This document shows positions 1-8,133 of a DNA stretch of 43,252 bases, piece by piece; positions within the stretch are counted from its first letter, which is position 1; every line of letters begins with the position of its first letter. A program made the translations under genes and the position numbers. Source of the stretch: Candidatus Woesearchaeota archaeon. GTDB taxonomy: Archaea; Nanobdellota; Nanobdellia; Pacearchaeales; GW2011-AR1. The DNA lies in assembly GCA_964530285.1 (NCBI GenBank), contig CAZGZN010000001.1, forward strand, positions 1 to 43,252. Reading direction: 5' to 3'. The notes under the pieces were generated by a model that did no database searches, had not been told where the DNA came from, and saw only the letters and a list, made by a program, of their open reading frames with translations.

Positions 1-70
1 TGTCGCTTGACCTTTTCATCTCTGAAACTCGCACCCAGAAAATTCTCCAAAATTTAGGGCTTGTTTCGAG

Positions 71-106
71 GAAAGGGGGGAACTAACACAAATTAGTTTT
101 TCTTTC
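71..106. repeat. Hairpin repeat copy A: GAAAG-ggggg-AACTAA-cacaaa-TTAGTT-ttt-CTTTC
   Basis: Two nested inverted repeats read directly. Related to copy B at 20881-20919, and the flanks 1-115 are also similar to 20831-20926. Confidence 0.6.
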
Positions 107-229
107 AGAAATTCTTTTCTAACAATAAACCCTTGTTCAAAAGCCCTCATGCAAAGATTTAAAAACTATTCCTAACTACAAGAGATATATAACATTAAAA
201 AAGTAGATTTTTTTAGTTGAATAAAAATT

Positions 230-1828
230 ATGAATAATAAGAAATTTATTAAGGAAAATAGGCCAATTTCTTCTGTGGAAGAGAAGCTTATTAATACTAT
301 AAGCAGAAAGAATATAGGATATCGACTAGTTCTAAACGGGGTTATAGAAAGAATAATCCAAACTGCAGGACCAACAATATTCGAAGTATTTGATGGAACA
401 GGAAGAATTGCTCTAAAAGCATTTATAAGTGCCGGAGAAAGAGCATTTCCAGAGCTAATTGAACAAGATTACATAAGAGTTGTTGTAAAAATTGAAGAGT
501 TTAATGGAACAATAGAAGGAGATATTATTTCGTTAAATAAAAAGGAAGGCGAAGCTAAAACAAAACTTGAAGAAGATATTAATGAAAGATTAAGAAAACA
601 AGCAAAGGTAGAAAAAATAAATTTCTTAATAGAGGATTCAATTTTAGAAAAACTAAAAAAAGATTTTGTTTCAGCTGCAACAGAAATAAGGCTTGCAATT
701 TTACAAGCAAGACCAATAATTGTAAGACATCATAATGATACCGATGGTTACTCCGCAGGATTCGCACTAGAACGAGCAATTATTTCGCTAATAGAAAAAC
801 AAAACCCCACAAACCCAAAAGCAGCATGGGAATATTTCACAAGAGCTCCCTGTGCAGCACCTTACTATGAAATTGAAGACTCTATAAAAGATACATCCCT
901 AAGCTTAAGAAATGTTGCCAAGTTCTCAAATAAAATGCCTCTTATCATAATTGTTGATAATGGTTCAACCCAAGAAGATTTAATGGGGATCTTGCAGGGG
1001 AAAGTTCATGGCGCAGATTTTATTGTAGTGGACCATCATAAATTTGATAAAGATGTAATCTCGAACGAAGTTTTAGTTCATATAAATCCTTTCTTGGTTG
1101 GAGAAAGCGGAGAGTCCATTTCCGCAGGAATGCTTTGTACAGAATTAGCTCGTTTTGTTAATCCGGAGGTTAAAAATATTGTACAAATTCCCGCACTAGC
1201 GGGATTAGCAGATAGAATCGATTTAGGAAACTCAGGGATAATAGAAAAATATCTAGTAATTGCTGAACAAGAAGGATATTCAAAAGAACTCTTAAAAGAT
1301 TTGTCATTGGTAATTGATTATGTTTCTACAAGAATAAGATTCTTAGAAGCAAGGGAATATTTTGAAGTTGTCTTTGGAGAACCAAGAAAACAGCAATCAA
1401 AACTGGTAGAGCTTATGGCCCCTTATATTAAAAGGTTAGATGAAAAAGGATTAGCTATAGCTAAAGAAAATGCTTTAATTGAGGAGATAAACGGAATAAC
1501 CTTGCAAAAGATTATGATTGAAGAAACATTTCCTGGATTCGGATTTTTTCCCAAACCCGGAAGAAGCGTAGGACTAGTACACGACTCTCTGAAAAAAGAA
1601 GGAAAAGAAAGACTTGTTTCTGTAGGCGTAATGAACACTGCAATGACATTTAGAGCAACAGATCATGCCAATTTCTCAGTTCATGAGTTCTTAAAATTTC
1701 TTAATGGGAAAGTCCCAAATGCATTTGTCGATGGCGGAGGACATAAAAATGCAGGAGCTATAAATTATCTTCCAAAGTTCAAGAATAAAATAGTTGAACT
1801 ATTAGAGGAATTTCTTAAAACAAGATAA
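230..1828 (+). CDS. DHH/DHHA1 phosphoesterase of the archaeal RecJ/Cdc45-like group with N-terminal OB-fold-like domain
   Basis: 532-aa ORF. DHH-type motifs RHHNDTDGYSAG and VVDHHKF, and C-terminal GGGHKNAGA (DHHA1). The N-terminal ~100 aa have an OB-like pattern (IFEVFDGTGRIALKAF..VVVKIEEFNG). Confidence 0.75.
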   Translation: MNNKKFIKENRPISSVEEKLINTISRKNIGYRLVLNGVIERIIQTAGPTIFEVFDGTGRIALKAFISAGERAFPELIEQDYIRVVVKIEEFNGTIEGDIISLNKKEGEAKTKLEEDINERLRKQAKVEKINFLIEDSILEKLKKDFVSAATEIRLAILQARPIIVRHHNDTDGYSAGFALERAIISLIEKQNPTNPKAAWEYFTRAPCAAPYYEIEDSIKDTSLSLRNVAKFSNKMPLIIIVDNGSTQEDLMGILQGKVHGADFIVVDHHKFDKDVISNEVLVHINPFLVGESGESISAGMLCTELARFVNPEVKNIVQIPALAGLADRIDLGNSGIIEKYLVIAEQEGYSKELLKDLSLVIDYVSTRIRFLEAREYFEVVFGEPRKQQSKLVELMAPYIKRLDEKGLAIAKENALIEEINGITLQKIMIEETFPGFGFFPKPGRSVGLVHDSLKKEGKERLVSVGVMNTAMTFRATDHANFSVHEFLKFLNGKVPNAFVDGGGHKNAGAINYLPKFKNKIVELLEEFLKTR

Positions 1829-1872
1829 AACATTTTAAAAACATTTATTAAGCCCTACTTGATTTAAATATC

Positions 1873-3321
1873 ATGGAAGAAATAGATTATGAAAAAGTTG
1901 GTTTAAAGGCCGGTTTGGAAATTCACCAACAATTGGACACCCATAAACTCTTTTGTTCTTGCCCCTCTATTCTTAGAAAAGAAGAACCCTTGATTAAATT
2001 AAAAAGAAAAATCAATCCAGTAGTGGGAGAAAGTGGAGAATTAGACATAGCCGCAAAATTTGAAAAAGAATTGAATAAAACCTTTATTTATGAAGTATTC
2101 GATACTAATTGTTTGGTAGAACTAGATGAGGAACCTCCTCACGAAATTAATAAAGAGGCATTAAAAATTGCAGTCCAAATAGCAGTACTACTCAACTGTA
2201 AGATTTTTCCTGTAGCACAGATAATGAGAAAGACCGTTGTTAATGGCTCCAATACATCTGGATTTCAAAGAACCGTTCTTTTTGCTTACGACGGTTTCGT
2301 TGAAACTTCTTTTGGAAAGGTAGGAGTAGACTACATCTTTTTGGAAGAAGATTCTGCAAGACCTTCCAATTCAATTGAAGAATATTCTGAATTAAAGAAT
2401 TCCAAGACATATAAACTAGACAGGCTCGGAATTCCTCTAGTAGAAATTGCAACCGGCCCACATATGCATACCCCTGAACAGATAAAAGAAACTGCCATGA
2501 AAATAGGTGAAATATTGAGGGCCTGCAAAGTAAAAAGAGGAATTGGAACAATAAGGCAGGATGTTAATATCTCAATTAAGGGGAGCGAAAGAGTAGAAAT
2601 CAAGGGATTCCAAGACCCCTCCGTAATGAATCTAACAGTCATAAAAGAAATAGAAAGACAACAAGAATGTTTAAAGAACAAGACCTCTAAAAAAGAAGTA
2701 AGAAAAGCAAATCCCGATGGAACAACCACATTTATTCGACCCATGCCGGGGAGTGCAAGAATGTATCCTGAAACAGACTGTCAGCTTTTGAAAATAACAA
2801 AAGAAATAATTAAAGAAGCAAAAAAAGAACTTCCAACACTGTCTTCTGAAAAAAGAGCTTTCCTAGAGCAATATGGATTAAATGAAGAAATGATAAAACT
2901 CATTTTATCAGAAGGTAAACTTGAAGAATATAAATATCTTACAAAGGCAATAAATAATCCTGCCCTAATTGCGAAATGCTTGGTTTTGTTTCCAAAAGAG
3001 ATTGCATCCAAAGAAAAGAAATCCGTTGAAAAAATAAGAAAAGTTCTGACTCTAGAAATATTGGATAGCGTCTTATCAGAGGTTGGAAAAAGAATTTCCG
3101 AGAATGATGTTAAGATTGTATTGCAGAAATTAGTTGAAGGAAGACCTTTTGAGAAAGCAATAGAAAAAGAAATTGTGGATTTAGAAAAGGAAATAACAGA
3201 GATGATGAAAGAAAAACCCGGATTAAACAAAAATGCATATATGGGATTAATAATGGGAAAGTTAAAGGGAAAAATTAATGGAAAGGAATTAATGGAAGAA
3301 CTAGATAAAATTCTAAAATAG
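1873..3321 (+). CDS. gatE: Glu-tRNA(Gln) amidotransferase subunit E (GatE), short form
   Basis: N-terminal GLEIHQQLDTHKLFCSCP, MRKTVVNGSNTSGFQRT, LDRLGIPLVEIATGP, GIGTIRQDVNISI and ARMYPETD match GatE. The GatB-type YFYPD motif is absent. Only 482 aa. Confidence 0.8.
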   Translation: MEEIDYEKVGLKAGLEIHQQLDTHKLFCSCPSILRKEEPLIKLKRKINPVVGESGELDIAAKFEKELNKTFIYEVFDTNCLVELDEEPPHEINKEALKIAVQIAVLLNCKIFPVAQIMRKTVVNGSNTSGFQRTVLFAYDGFVETSFGKVGVDYIFLEEDSARPSNSIEEYSELKNSKTYKLDRLGIPLVEIATGPHMHTPEQIKETAMKIGEILRACKVKRGIGTIRQDVNISIKGSERVEIKGFQDPSVMNLTVIKEIERQQECLKNKTSKKEVRKANPDGTTTFIRPMPGSARMYPETDCQLLKITKEIIKEAKKELPTLSSEKRAFLEQYGLNEEMIKLILSEGKLEEYKYLTKAINNPALIAKCLVLFPKEIASKEKKSVEKIRKVLTLEILDSVLSEVGKRISENDVKIVLQKLVEGRPFEKAIEKEIVDLEKEITEMMKEKPGLNKNAYMGLIMGKLKGKINGKELMEELDKILK

Positions 3322-3341
3322 GGGAGATTATTAACTAGGGG

Positions 3342-3354
3342 AAAGATTTATAAA
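3342..3354 (+). promoter_or_regulatory. BRE/TATA-like promoter AAAGATTTATAAA
   Basis: Motif ends 21 nt upstream of ATG 3376. The same motif and spacing recur before many first genes in this window. Confidence 0.55.
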
Positions 3355-3375
3355 TAAAGTAAACTATTGTTTACT

Positions 3376-3750
3376 ATGATTAAGATGTATAGGCTCCCCC
3401 AGGAAATTGAAGTTTGGTATATAATACCTAAGATAAGAAAAGAACTAGCAAAAGAACTTGTAGAAAGTCACAAATGGAGTTATGAAAAAACTGGAGACTC
3501 GTTAGGCATTACAAAAGCAGCAGTTTCCCAATATTTGAAGGACAAGAGAGGTAATAAAATCAAGATATCTAAGGACATCGAAAAAGAGATAAAACTCTCT
3601 GCTAAGAGAATTTTTGAAAAAAGATCTAATTCACTAATAGAAATTCAGAACATTCTTAGAAGAATGAAAGAAACAAAATGTGCATGTAATGTTTGCAAAA
3701 AGTATAATAAAGAAATATTAAATTATTGTAAATGTAAACCAACTTATTAA
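3376..3750 (+). CDS. Small HTH transcriptional regulator with C-terminal Cys cluster
   Basis: LGITKAAVSQYLKDKRG helix-turn-helix. The C-terminus CACNVCKK..YCKCK is Cys-rich. ATG 3376 was chosen over the track TTG 3367 because of TATA spacing. Directly precedes the nifS/iscU genes. Confidence 0.6.
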   Translation: MIKMYRLPQEIEVWYIIPKIRKELAKELVESHKWSYEKTGDSLGITKAAVSQYLKDKRGNKIKISKDIEKEIKLSAKRIFEKRSNSLIEIQNILRRMKETKCACNVCKKYNKEILNYCKCKPTY

Positions 3751-3751
3751 G

Positions 3752-4897
3752 ATGAAAGAGATATTTTTAGATAATGCTTCGACAACACCAATTTCTAAAG
3801 AAGTAGAAAAAGAGATTATAAAGACATTTTCAGAATATGGAAATCCGTCCTCTAAACATCTACTTGGAGAAAAAATAAAAGAAAGAATAGAAAGGTCTAG
3901 AAAGACAATTTCGAATTTTTTAAACTGTAGTCCCGAAGAAATTGTCTTTACTTCTGGAGGAACCGAGGGAAATAACATGATTATTAAAGGAATTGCTAAG
4001 ATAGATAAGAAGAAAAAACATATTTTAATCTCAGAAATAGAACATCCCTCAGTTGTAGAGAGTTGTAATTACCTAAAAAGAGAAGGATATGAAATAGAAA
4101 AAATAAAAGTGAATCCGGATGGAATTATCTCTTTGTCTGATCTAGAAAAAAAGATAAAAGAAAACACATTACTAGTCTCTATTATGCATGTAAATAACGA
4201 AATAGGAACAATACAACCTATTAAAGAAATTACAGAAATATGTAAAAAAAAGAAAGTTTATTTTCACTCAGATATGGTTCAATCCCTAAAAAAAATAAAA
4301 ATAGACCTTAGAGAGATAGACCTCGATTTTGCATCTTTCTCTGGGCACAAGATAAATGCTCTAAAGGGAATCGGTTTTGTTTATATCAAAAAAGGAATAA
4401 AAGTAGAACCCCTGATAAACGGAGGAAATCAAGAAAGAGGAATTAGAAGTGGAACAGAAAATACAATAGGAATAATCTCATTAGCTAAAGCAATTCAGAT
4501 AAAAAAAGAGTTCTCCAAAATAAAAAAGATCCAAGAGTATTTATTAAAAGAAATTATGAAAATACCTGGAACAATTATTAATGGTTCACTGAAAAAGAGA
4601 ATTCCAACAAACTTAAACTTCTCTTTTTATGGAATCGAGGGGGAAAGCTTAATGATGCTCTTATCAAACAAAAAGATATTTGTTTCCACAGGTTCTGCAT
4701 GTAGTTCCAATAAACTTACAGAAAGCCATGTTCTAAAAGCTATTGGAGTTGATGAAATGCATATCAATGGAAGCATTAGAATCACATTCGAAGATTTAAA
4801 TAAAACAGAGATAAAATATTTTCTAAGAAATCTAAGAGAATCTGTAGAGAAACTTCAGAAAATGAGTCCATTTAAATTAAATTCAACTGGAGGCTAA
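3752..4897 (+). CDS. iscS: Cysteine desulfurase (NifS/IscS class)
   Basis: PLP-lysine motif FSGHKINALKGIG and active-site loop STGSACSS. 381 aa. Confidence 0.9.
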   Translation: MKEIFLDNASTTPISKEVEKEIIKTFSEYGNPSSKHLLGEKIKERIERSRKTISNFLNCSPEEIVFTSGGTEGNNMIIKGIAKIDKKKKHILISEIEHPSVVESCNYLKREGYEIEKIKVNPDGIISLSDLEKKIKENTLLVSIMHVNNEIGTIQPIKEITEICKKKKVYFHSDMVQSLKKIKIDLREIDLDFASFSGHKINALKGIGFVYIKKGIKVEPLINGGNQERGIRSGTENTIGIISLAKAIQIKKEFSKIKKIQEYLLKEIMKIPGTIINGSLKKRIPTNLNFSFYGIEGESLMMLLSNKKIFVSTGSACSSNKLTESHVLKAIGVDEMHINGSIRITFEDLNKTEIKYFLRNLRESVEKLQKMSPFKLNSTGG

Positions 4898-5104
4898 ATG
4901 CAAAAGGAAAAAACAAAAAAAGAAATCTTGCCCAAAACAACTTTCGGTGAAGCTATTTCAATGAATCCAAAAGCAGCGAAAGTACTTGCCGAAGAGGAAA
5001 TGTTCTGTGGATGTTGCCCAATGGCTATGATGGAAACAATAGAGCAAGGAGCTAAAGCACATGGCAAAGATATCTCTAAATTATTAAAAAAACTGAATAA
5101 ATAA
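4898..5104 (+). CDS. DUF1858-type small redox-disulfide domain protein
   Basis: 68 aa with MFCGCCPMAMMETIEQGAKAHG. GGAGG lies 5 nt upstream of the ATG, and the start abuts the nifS stop. Confidence 0.6.
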   Translation: MQKEKTKKEILPKTTFGEAISMNPKAAKVLAEEEMFCGCCPMAMMETIEQGAKAHGKDISKLLKKLNK

Positions 5105-5107
5105 GAA

Positions 5108-5497
5108 ATGGATACAAAATATTCAAGGGAAGTAATGAAACACTTCACCAAACCAAAAAATTTAGGAGAAGTAAAGAACGCAGATGCAATTGGAACACTT
5201 GGAAATCCGGTCTGTGGAGATGTAATGAAAATTTATCTTAAGATAAAAAAGAACAAAAAAGGTCAAGAAATAATTCAGAATATCAAATTTCAAACAATGG
5301 GATGTGCTGCTGCAATATCCACTTCGAGTATGATCACAGAACTCGCAAAAGGAAAAACAATTGAAGAAGCAAAAAGGATATCCAACCAAGATGTTGCTTT
5401 CGCACTTAAAGGTTTACCTCCTATAAAAATGCATTGTTCAAATTTAGCAGCAGATTGTTTAAGAAAAGCAATTGAGGATTGGGAAAAGAAAAACTAG
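5108..5497 (+). CDS. iscU: IscU/NifU-like Fe-S cluster scaffold
   Basis: Three conserved Cys contexts: GNPVCGDVM, QTMGCAAAI and KMHCSNLAADCL. Confidence 0.9.
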   Translation: MDTKYSREVMKHFTKPKNLGEVKNADAIGTLGNPVCGDVMKIYLKIKKNKKGQEIIQNIKFQTMGCAAAISTSSMITELAKGKTIEEAKRISNQDVAFALKGLPPIKMHCSNLAADCLRKAIEDWEKKN

Positions 5498-5994
5498 GAT
5501 TTACCCTCTAAATTCAAAAAAGATTTAACATCATTATAAAAATCACTAGTAGCATCTGTTAGTCTATCTTCATATAAATCCTTGGTGTTTCGAATAATAT
5601 ACTTATCATAAATACCTCTAAGAAATTTATAGAAAGGAGTTTTATCCCAGTTTTCTTCATAATCTCGAACCAAATCAGCAGCAATTTTCATTCCAACCTC
5701 TCCTTTGTTAGTCTTCTCTTTCTTCTCTCCCACCATAATTTCTGCATCGTTTAAACCTAAAATATGCCAATCAATTTTTATCTCTTCTTTAAAATAATCC
5801 GAAACTTTTTTCTTAGCAGTCCATTTAATAACGATCTCCTTCCCAAAAGAACTCAACTTTTCTGTATAGGCATCCTCAAAGAGTTTATACCTATTCTCTT
5901 TAAACCAATTAAAACAAAAATTATAAAGCTCAGTATAATTAAAGAAACCTTTATGTTTTAGAGCTTGTTTGAATACATTATCTTTCTCTGCCAT
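5494..5994 (-). CDS. Hypothetical protein (166 aa, soluble, W/Y/K-rich)
   Basis: Long ORF in an AT-rich background. Convergent with iscU and overlaps it by 4 nt. No motif recognised. Confidence 0.5.
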   Translation of the reverse strand: MAEKDNVFKQALKHKGFFNYTELYNFCFNWFKENRYKLFEDAYTEKLSSFGKEIVIKWTAKKKVSDYFKEEIKIDWHILGLNDAEIMVGEKKEKTNKGEVGMKIAADLVRDYEENWDKTPFYKFLRGIYDKYIIRNTKDLYEDRLTDATSDFYNDVKSFLNLEGKS

Positions 5995-6029
5995 AATTAA
6001 TTAAAGAAATAAAGGATATTTAAACCTTT

Positions 6030-6593
6030 TCAAAACACACAAGCTAAAGAAACCTGTTGGGAAGACATGCCCCATGATGTTCCAAGAAAAGATCTCTCTT
6101 TTTTAGAAAGATTTCTTTCAGAAGAAAGACTAGCAATCTGAATTCTACATCCTACTTTCCTACAAACCTTTATATTTTGAATTATTCTACTAACAAGAAT
6201 CGCCTGTTCTTTTTTATCCCTTTTTAATAAATCCTCCACTGAAATAAGAATTGAGATATTCTTCTTTTTTGCTTCTCTAGCAAGAACATGATTTAAACCA
6301 GCGCTTCGCTGTTTTAAGGAATCTTTTCCAGGATTAATCTCTGGAGAAACAAGATAATCAAAGTTCAATGTCTCAATAAGTCTCCTATTTAGTTGTTCAT
6401 CTTCCGCATAAATTGCAATTTTCCCTGGAAAATTCACTGCATTCAAAGAAGAAATAATCTTCCTACATTCGCTCTCGCTTGCCCTAACCAAATAACCATC
6501 ACAAGAATCAGAAAGATTTATCTCACTCTTCGAACTAATCCTTTTGAGATACAAACTCCCCTCCCCCCTTTTAAGAAGAATATCTTCTGCCAT
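6030..6593 (-). CDS. rnp3: RNase P protein component 3 (Rpp30-like)
   Basis: GLNHVLAREAKKKNISILISVEDLL and the C-terminal part align by eye with archaeal Rpp30 (..GIDHVLAKLMVKKNVAL..). ATG 6593 lies 22 nt downstream of a minus-strand TATA (6616-6623). Confidence 0.6.
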   Translation of the reverse strand: MAEDILLKRGEGSLYLKRISSKSEINLSDSCDGYLVRASESECRKIISSLNAVNFPGKIAIYAEDEQLNRRLIETLNFDYLVSPEINPGKDSLKQRSAGLNHVLAREAKKKNISILISVEDLLKRDKKEQAILVSRIIQNIKVCRKVGCRIQIASLSSERNLSKKERSFLGTSWGMSSQQVSLACVF

Positions 6594-6669
6594 CCACAAA
6601 AGAAATTCCCTCTCTTTTTATATTTGATGGTTTAGGAAAGTTTTTATATTATGGAATCTTAAAAAGAAT

Positions 6670-7440
6670 ATGATTAGAGTAACAAAAAAGAATGGTGAAG
6701 TTGAGCTGTATGATAAGAATAAGATAATTAGATCCCTCAAGAACTCACAAGCAGACGAGAAAACAATAGAAATTATTCTAAGTAGATTGAATAAAAAACT
6801 TTATGACAAAATAGAAACCAGAGAGATATTCAGGTTTGTTTTCAATGAACTAAAAAAATTAGAACTTCTTGTAGGAACGAAATACAACCTCAAACAGGGA
6901 ATAATAAATATGAGCCTGGGAGGAGGATTCTTATTTGAAAAGTTTATGGAAAGAGTTTTTAGAAAATTAGGATATAAAACTCAGATAAATCAAATCCTAA
7001 GGGGAAAATACACCGAACATGAGATAGATATAATCATATGTAAAAATAATCAAAAGATAATGGTAGAGTGCAAACATTTCAGCAAACCCGAGCTTGGAAT
7101 TTCAATTCAAACTGCACTATATGTTTATGCAAGATTCCTAGATTTAAGAAAATCATTCGACAAAGCAATACTTGTAACAAACACTAAATTTTCCACCCAA
7201 GTTATAGAATACTCAAGGGGAGTTGGAATAGAACTCATTGGATGGAGATACCCTTATAACTATAGTCTAGAACAAATCATAGAAAAAAACAAAATTTATC
7301 CTATTACAATCCTCCCCCTTCCAAAATCAAAGATAAATAGACTTTTAAGACAGGGGATTCTTACACTAGAAGAACTTGAGAATTCTCTAGAAATTGACTC
7401 TAAAACAAAAGAGCTAATAAAAAAGTTAATAAAAAAATAA
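6670..7440 (+). CDS. ATP-cone domain fused to a PD-(D/E)xK (Mrr-like) restriction-endonuclease domain
   Basis: The N-terminus IRVTKKNGEVELYDKNKIIRSL is ATP-cone-like. The middle part FEKFMERVFRKLGY..EHEIDIIICKNNQKIMVECKH gives D..ExK nuclease core motifs. C-terminal helical tail. Confidence 0.65.
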   Translation: MIRVTKKNGEVELYDKNKIIRSLKNSQADEKTIEIILSRLNKKLYDKIETREIFRFVFNELKKLELLVGTKYNLKQGIINMSLGGGFLFEKFMERVFRKLGYKTQINQILRGKYTEHEIDIIICKNNQKIMVECKHFSKPELGISIQTALYVYARFLDLRKSFDKAILVTNTKFSTQVIEYSRGVGIELIGWRYPYNYSLEQIIEKNKIYPITILPLPKSKINRLLRQGILTLEELENSLEIDSKTKELIKKLIKK

Positions 7441-7457
7441 GTTTATATTTGTGAATC

Positions 7458-7637
7458 CTAAACCTTGACCTCTAAACCTTTAGAAATATCACTAGAACCT
7501 CGAATAGCACTCTTTTCCATCTCACTTGTGCCTTGAGGAGGTCTTCTGTAATGTTCTAAATCTTGGTCCAGAGTTATCTCTATATCTCTTCCCTCACACA
7601 AATAGTGTATTGTTGGTTCGTTTCCGTATTTGTCCAT
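7458..7637 (-). CDS. Possible small protein (59 aa), below the ORF-track cutoff
   Basis: My own translation is MDKYGNEPTIHYLCEGRDIEITLDQDLEHYRRPPQGTSEMEKSAIRGSSDISKGLEVKV. GGAGGA lies 5 nt upstream of the ATG. Confidence 0.3.
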   Translation of the reverse strand: MDKYGNEPTIHYLCEGRDIEITLDQDLEHYRRPPQGTSEMEKSAIRGSSDISKGLEVKV

Positions 7638-7717
7638 TTTGTCCTCCTATCTTGATTTAGTTGCCAAAGATTCAATAACAGCTGTCTATAGACTACACCC
7701 AAAATATCAGAAATAAT

Positions 7718-7750
7718 CTAAAGACTAAACAATTAGTTTAGAATCTTTAG
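7718..7750. repeat. 13-bp interrupted palindrome CTAAAGACTAAAC-aatta-GTTTAGaaTCTTTAG
   Basis: Read directly. Shares the AACAATTAGTT-type core seen in the other intergenic hairpins. Confidence 0.5.
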
Positions 7751-7899
7751 AGTTGTGACTAAGACAATCTTGACTGCAAGGGCATTCAAATTCGTTTTAG
7801 CCATAAATAATTTAAGATTAAACACTTTTTAATCTTTTCTATTTTAAAAGAAGTCAAAAAAATAGTTAATCTTAAAAAAGAGCTTTTGCTTTAAAAAAA

Positions 7900-8109
7900 A
7901 TGGATGGAATAGACCTAAGAAAATACCAAAAAGAGGGTGAAGAAAAAGACAAAATAAAAGATATACTCGGAAAGATTCTTTCTGGAAGATCAGGTTATAG
8001 TACTATAATAGATGATAAAAAGCCAGAGTTAAAATGTGAGTGCGGTTATGCCCTAGAAGGAAATGAAAAATTTTGTCCTGAATGTGGAAAACACCAAGAA
8101 AAGGTTTAA
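7900..8109 (+). CDS. Small zinc-ribbon protein
   Basis: CECGYALEGNEKFCPECG (CxC..CxxC). TATA-like AATCTTAAAAAAG ends ~20 nt upstream. Confidence 0.55.
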   Translation: MDGIDLRKYQKEGEEKDKIKDILGKILSGRSGYSTIIDDKKPELKCECGYALEGNEKFCPECGKHQEKV

Positions 8110-8133
8110 AACTCCTCAACTGCTTCTAAAAAC

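Noticed and set aside
1-86. C-terminal fragment of an upstream gene running into the window (open frames to nt 57 or 86), or a minus-strand ATG at 19
   Set aside because: The fragments are too short to evaluate. The same sequence is repeated in a clearly non-coding spacer at 20831-20926, so it is most likely non-coding.
2331-3230. Antisense ORFs of 103-149 aa opposite gatE. Similar antisense ORFs lie opposite rpoA (11565-11927), L7Ae (27602-27913), gatC (28786-29106), mcm and others.
   Set aside because: Each lies inside a well-supported conserved gene on the other strand, has a low-complexity hydrophobic composition, and lacks start signals. I treat them as shadow ORFs.
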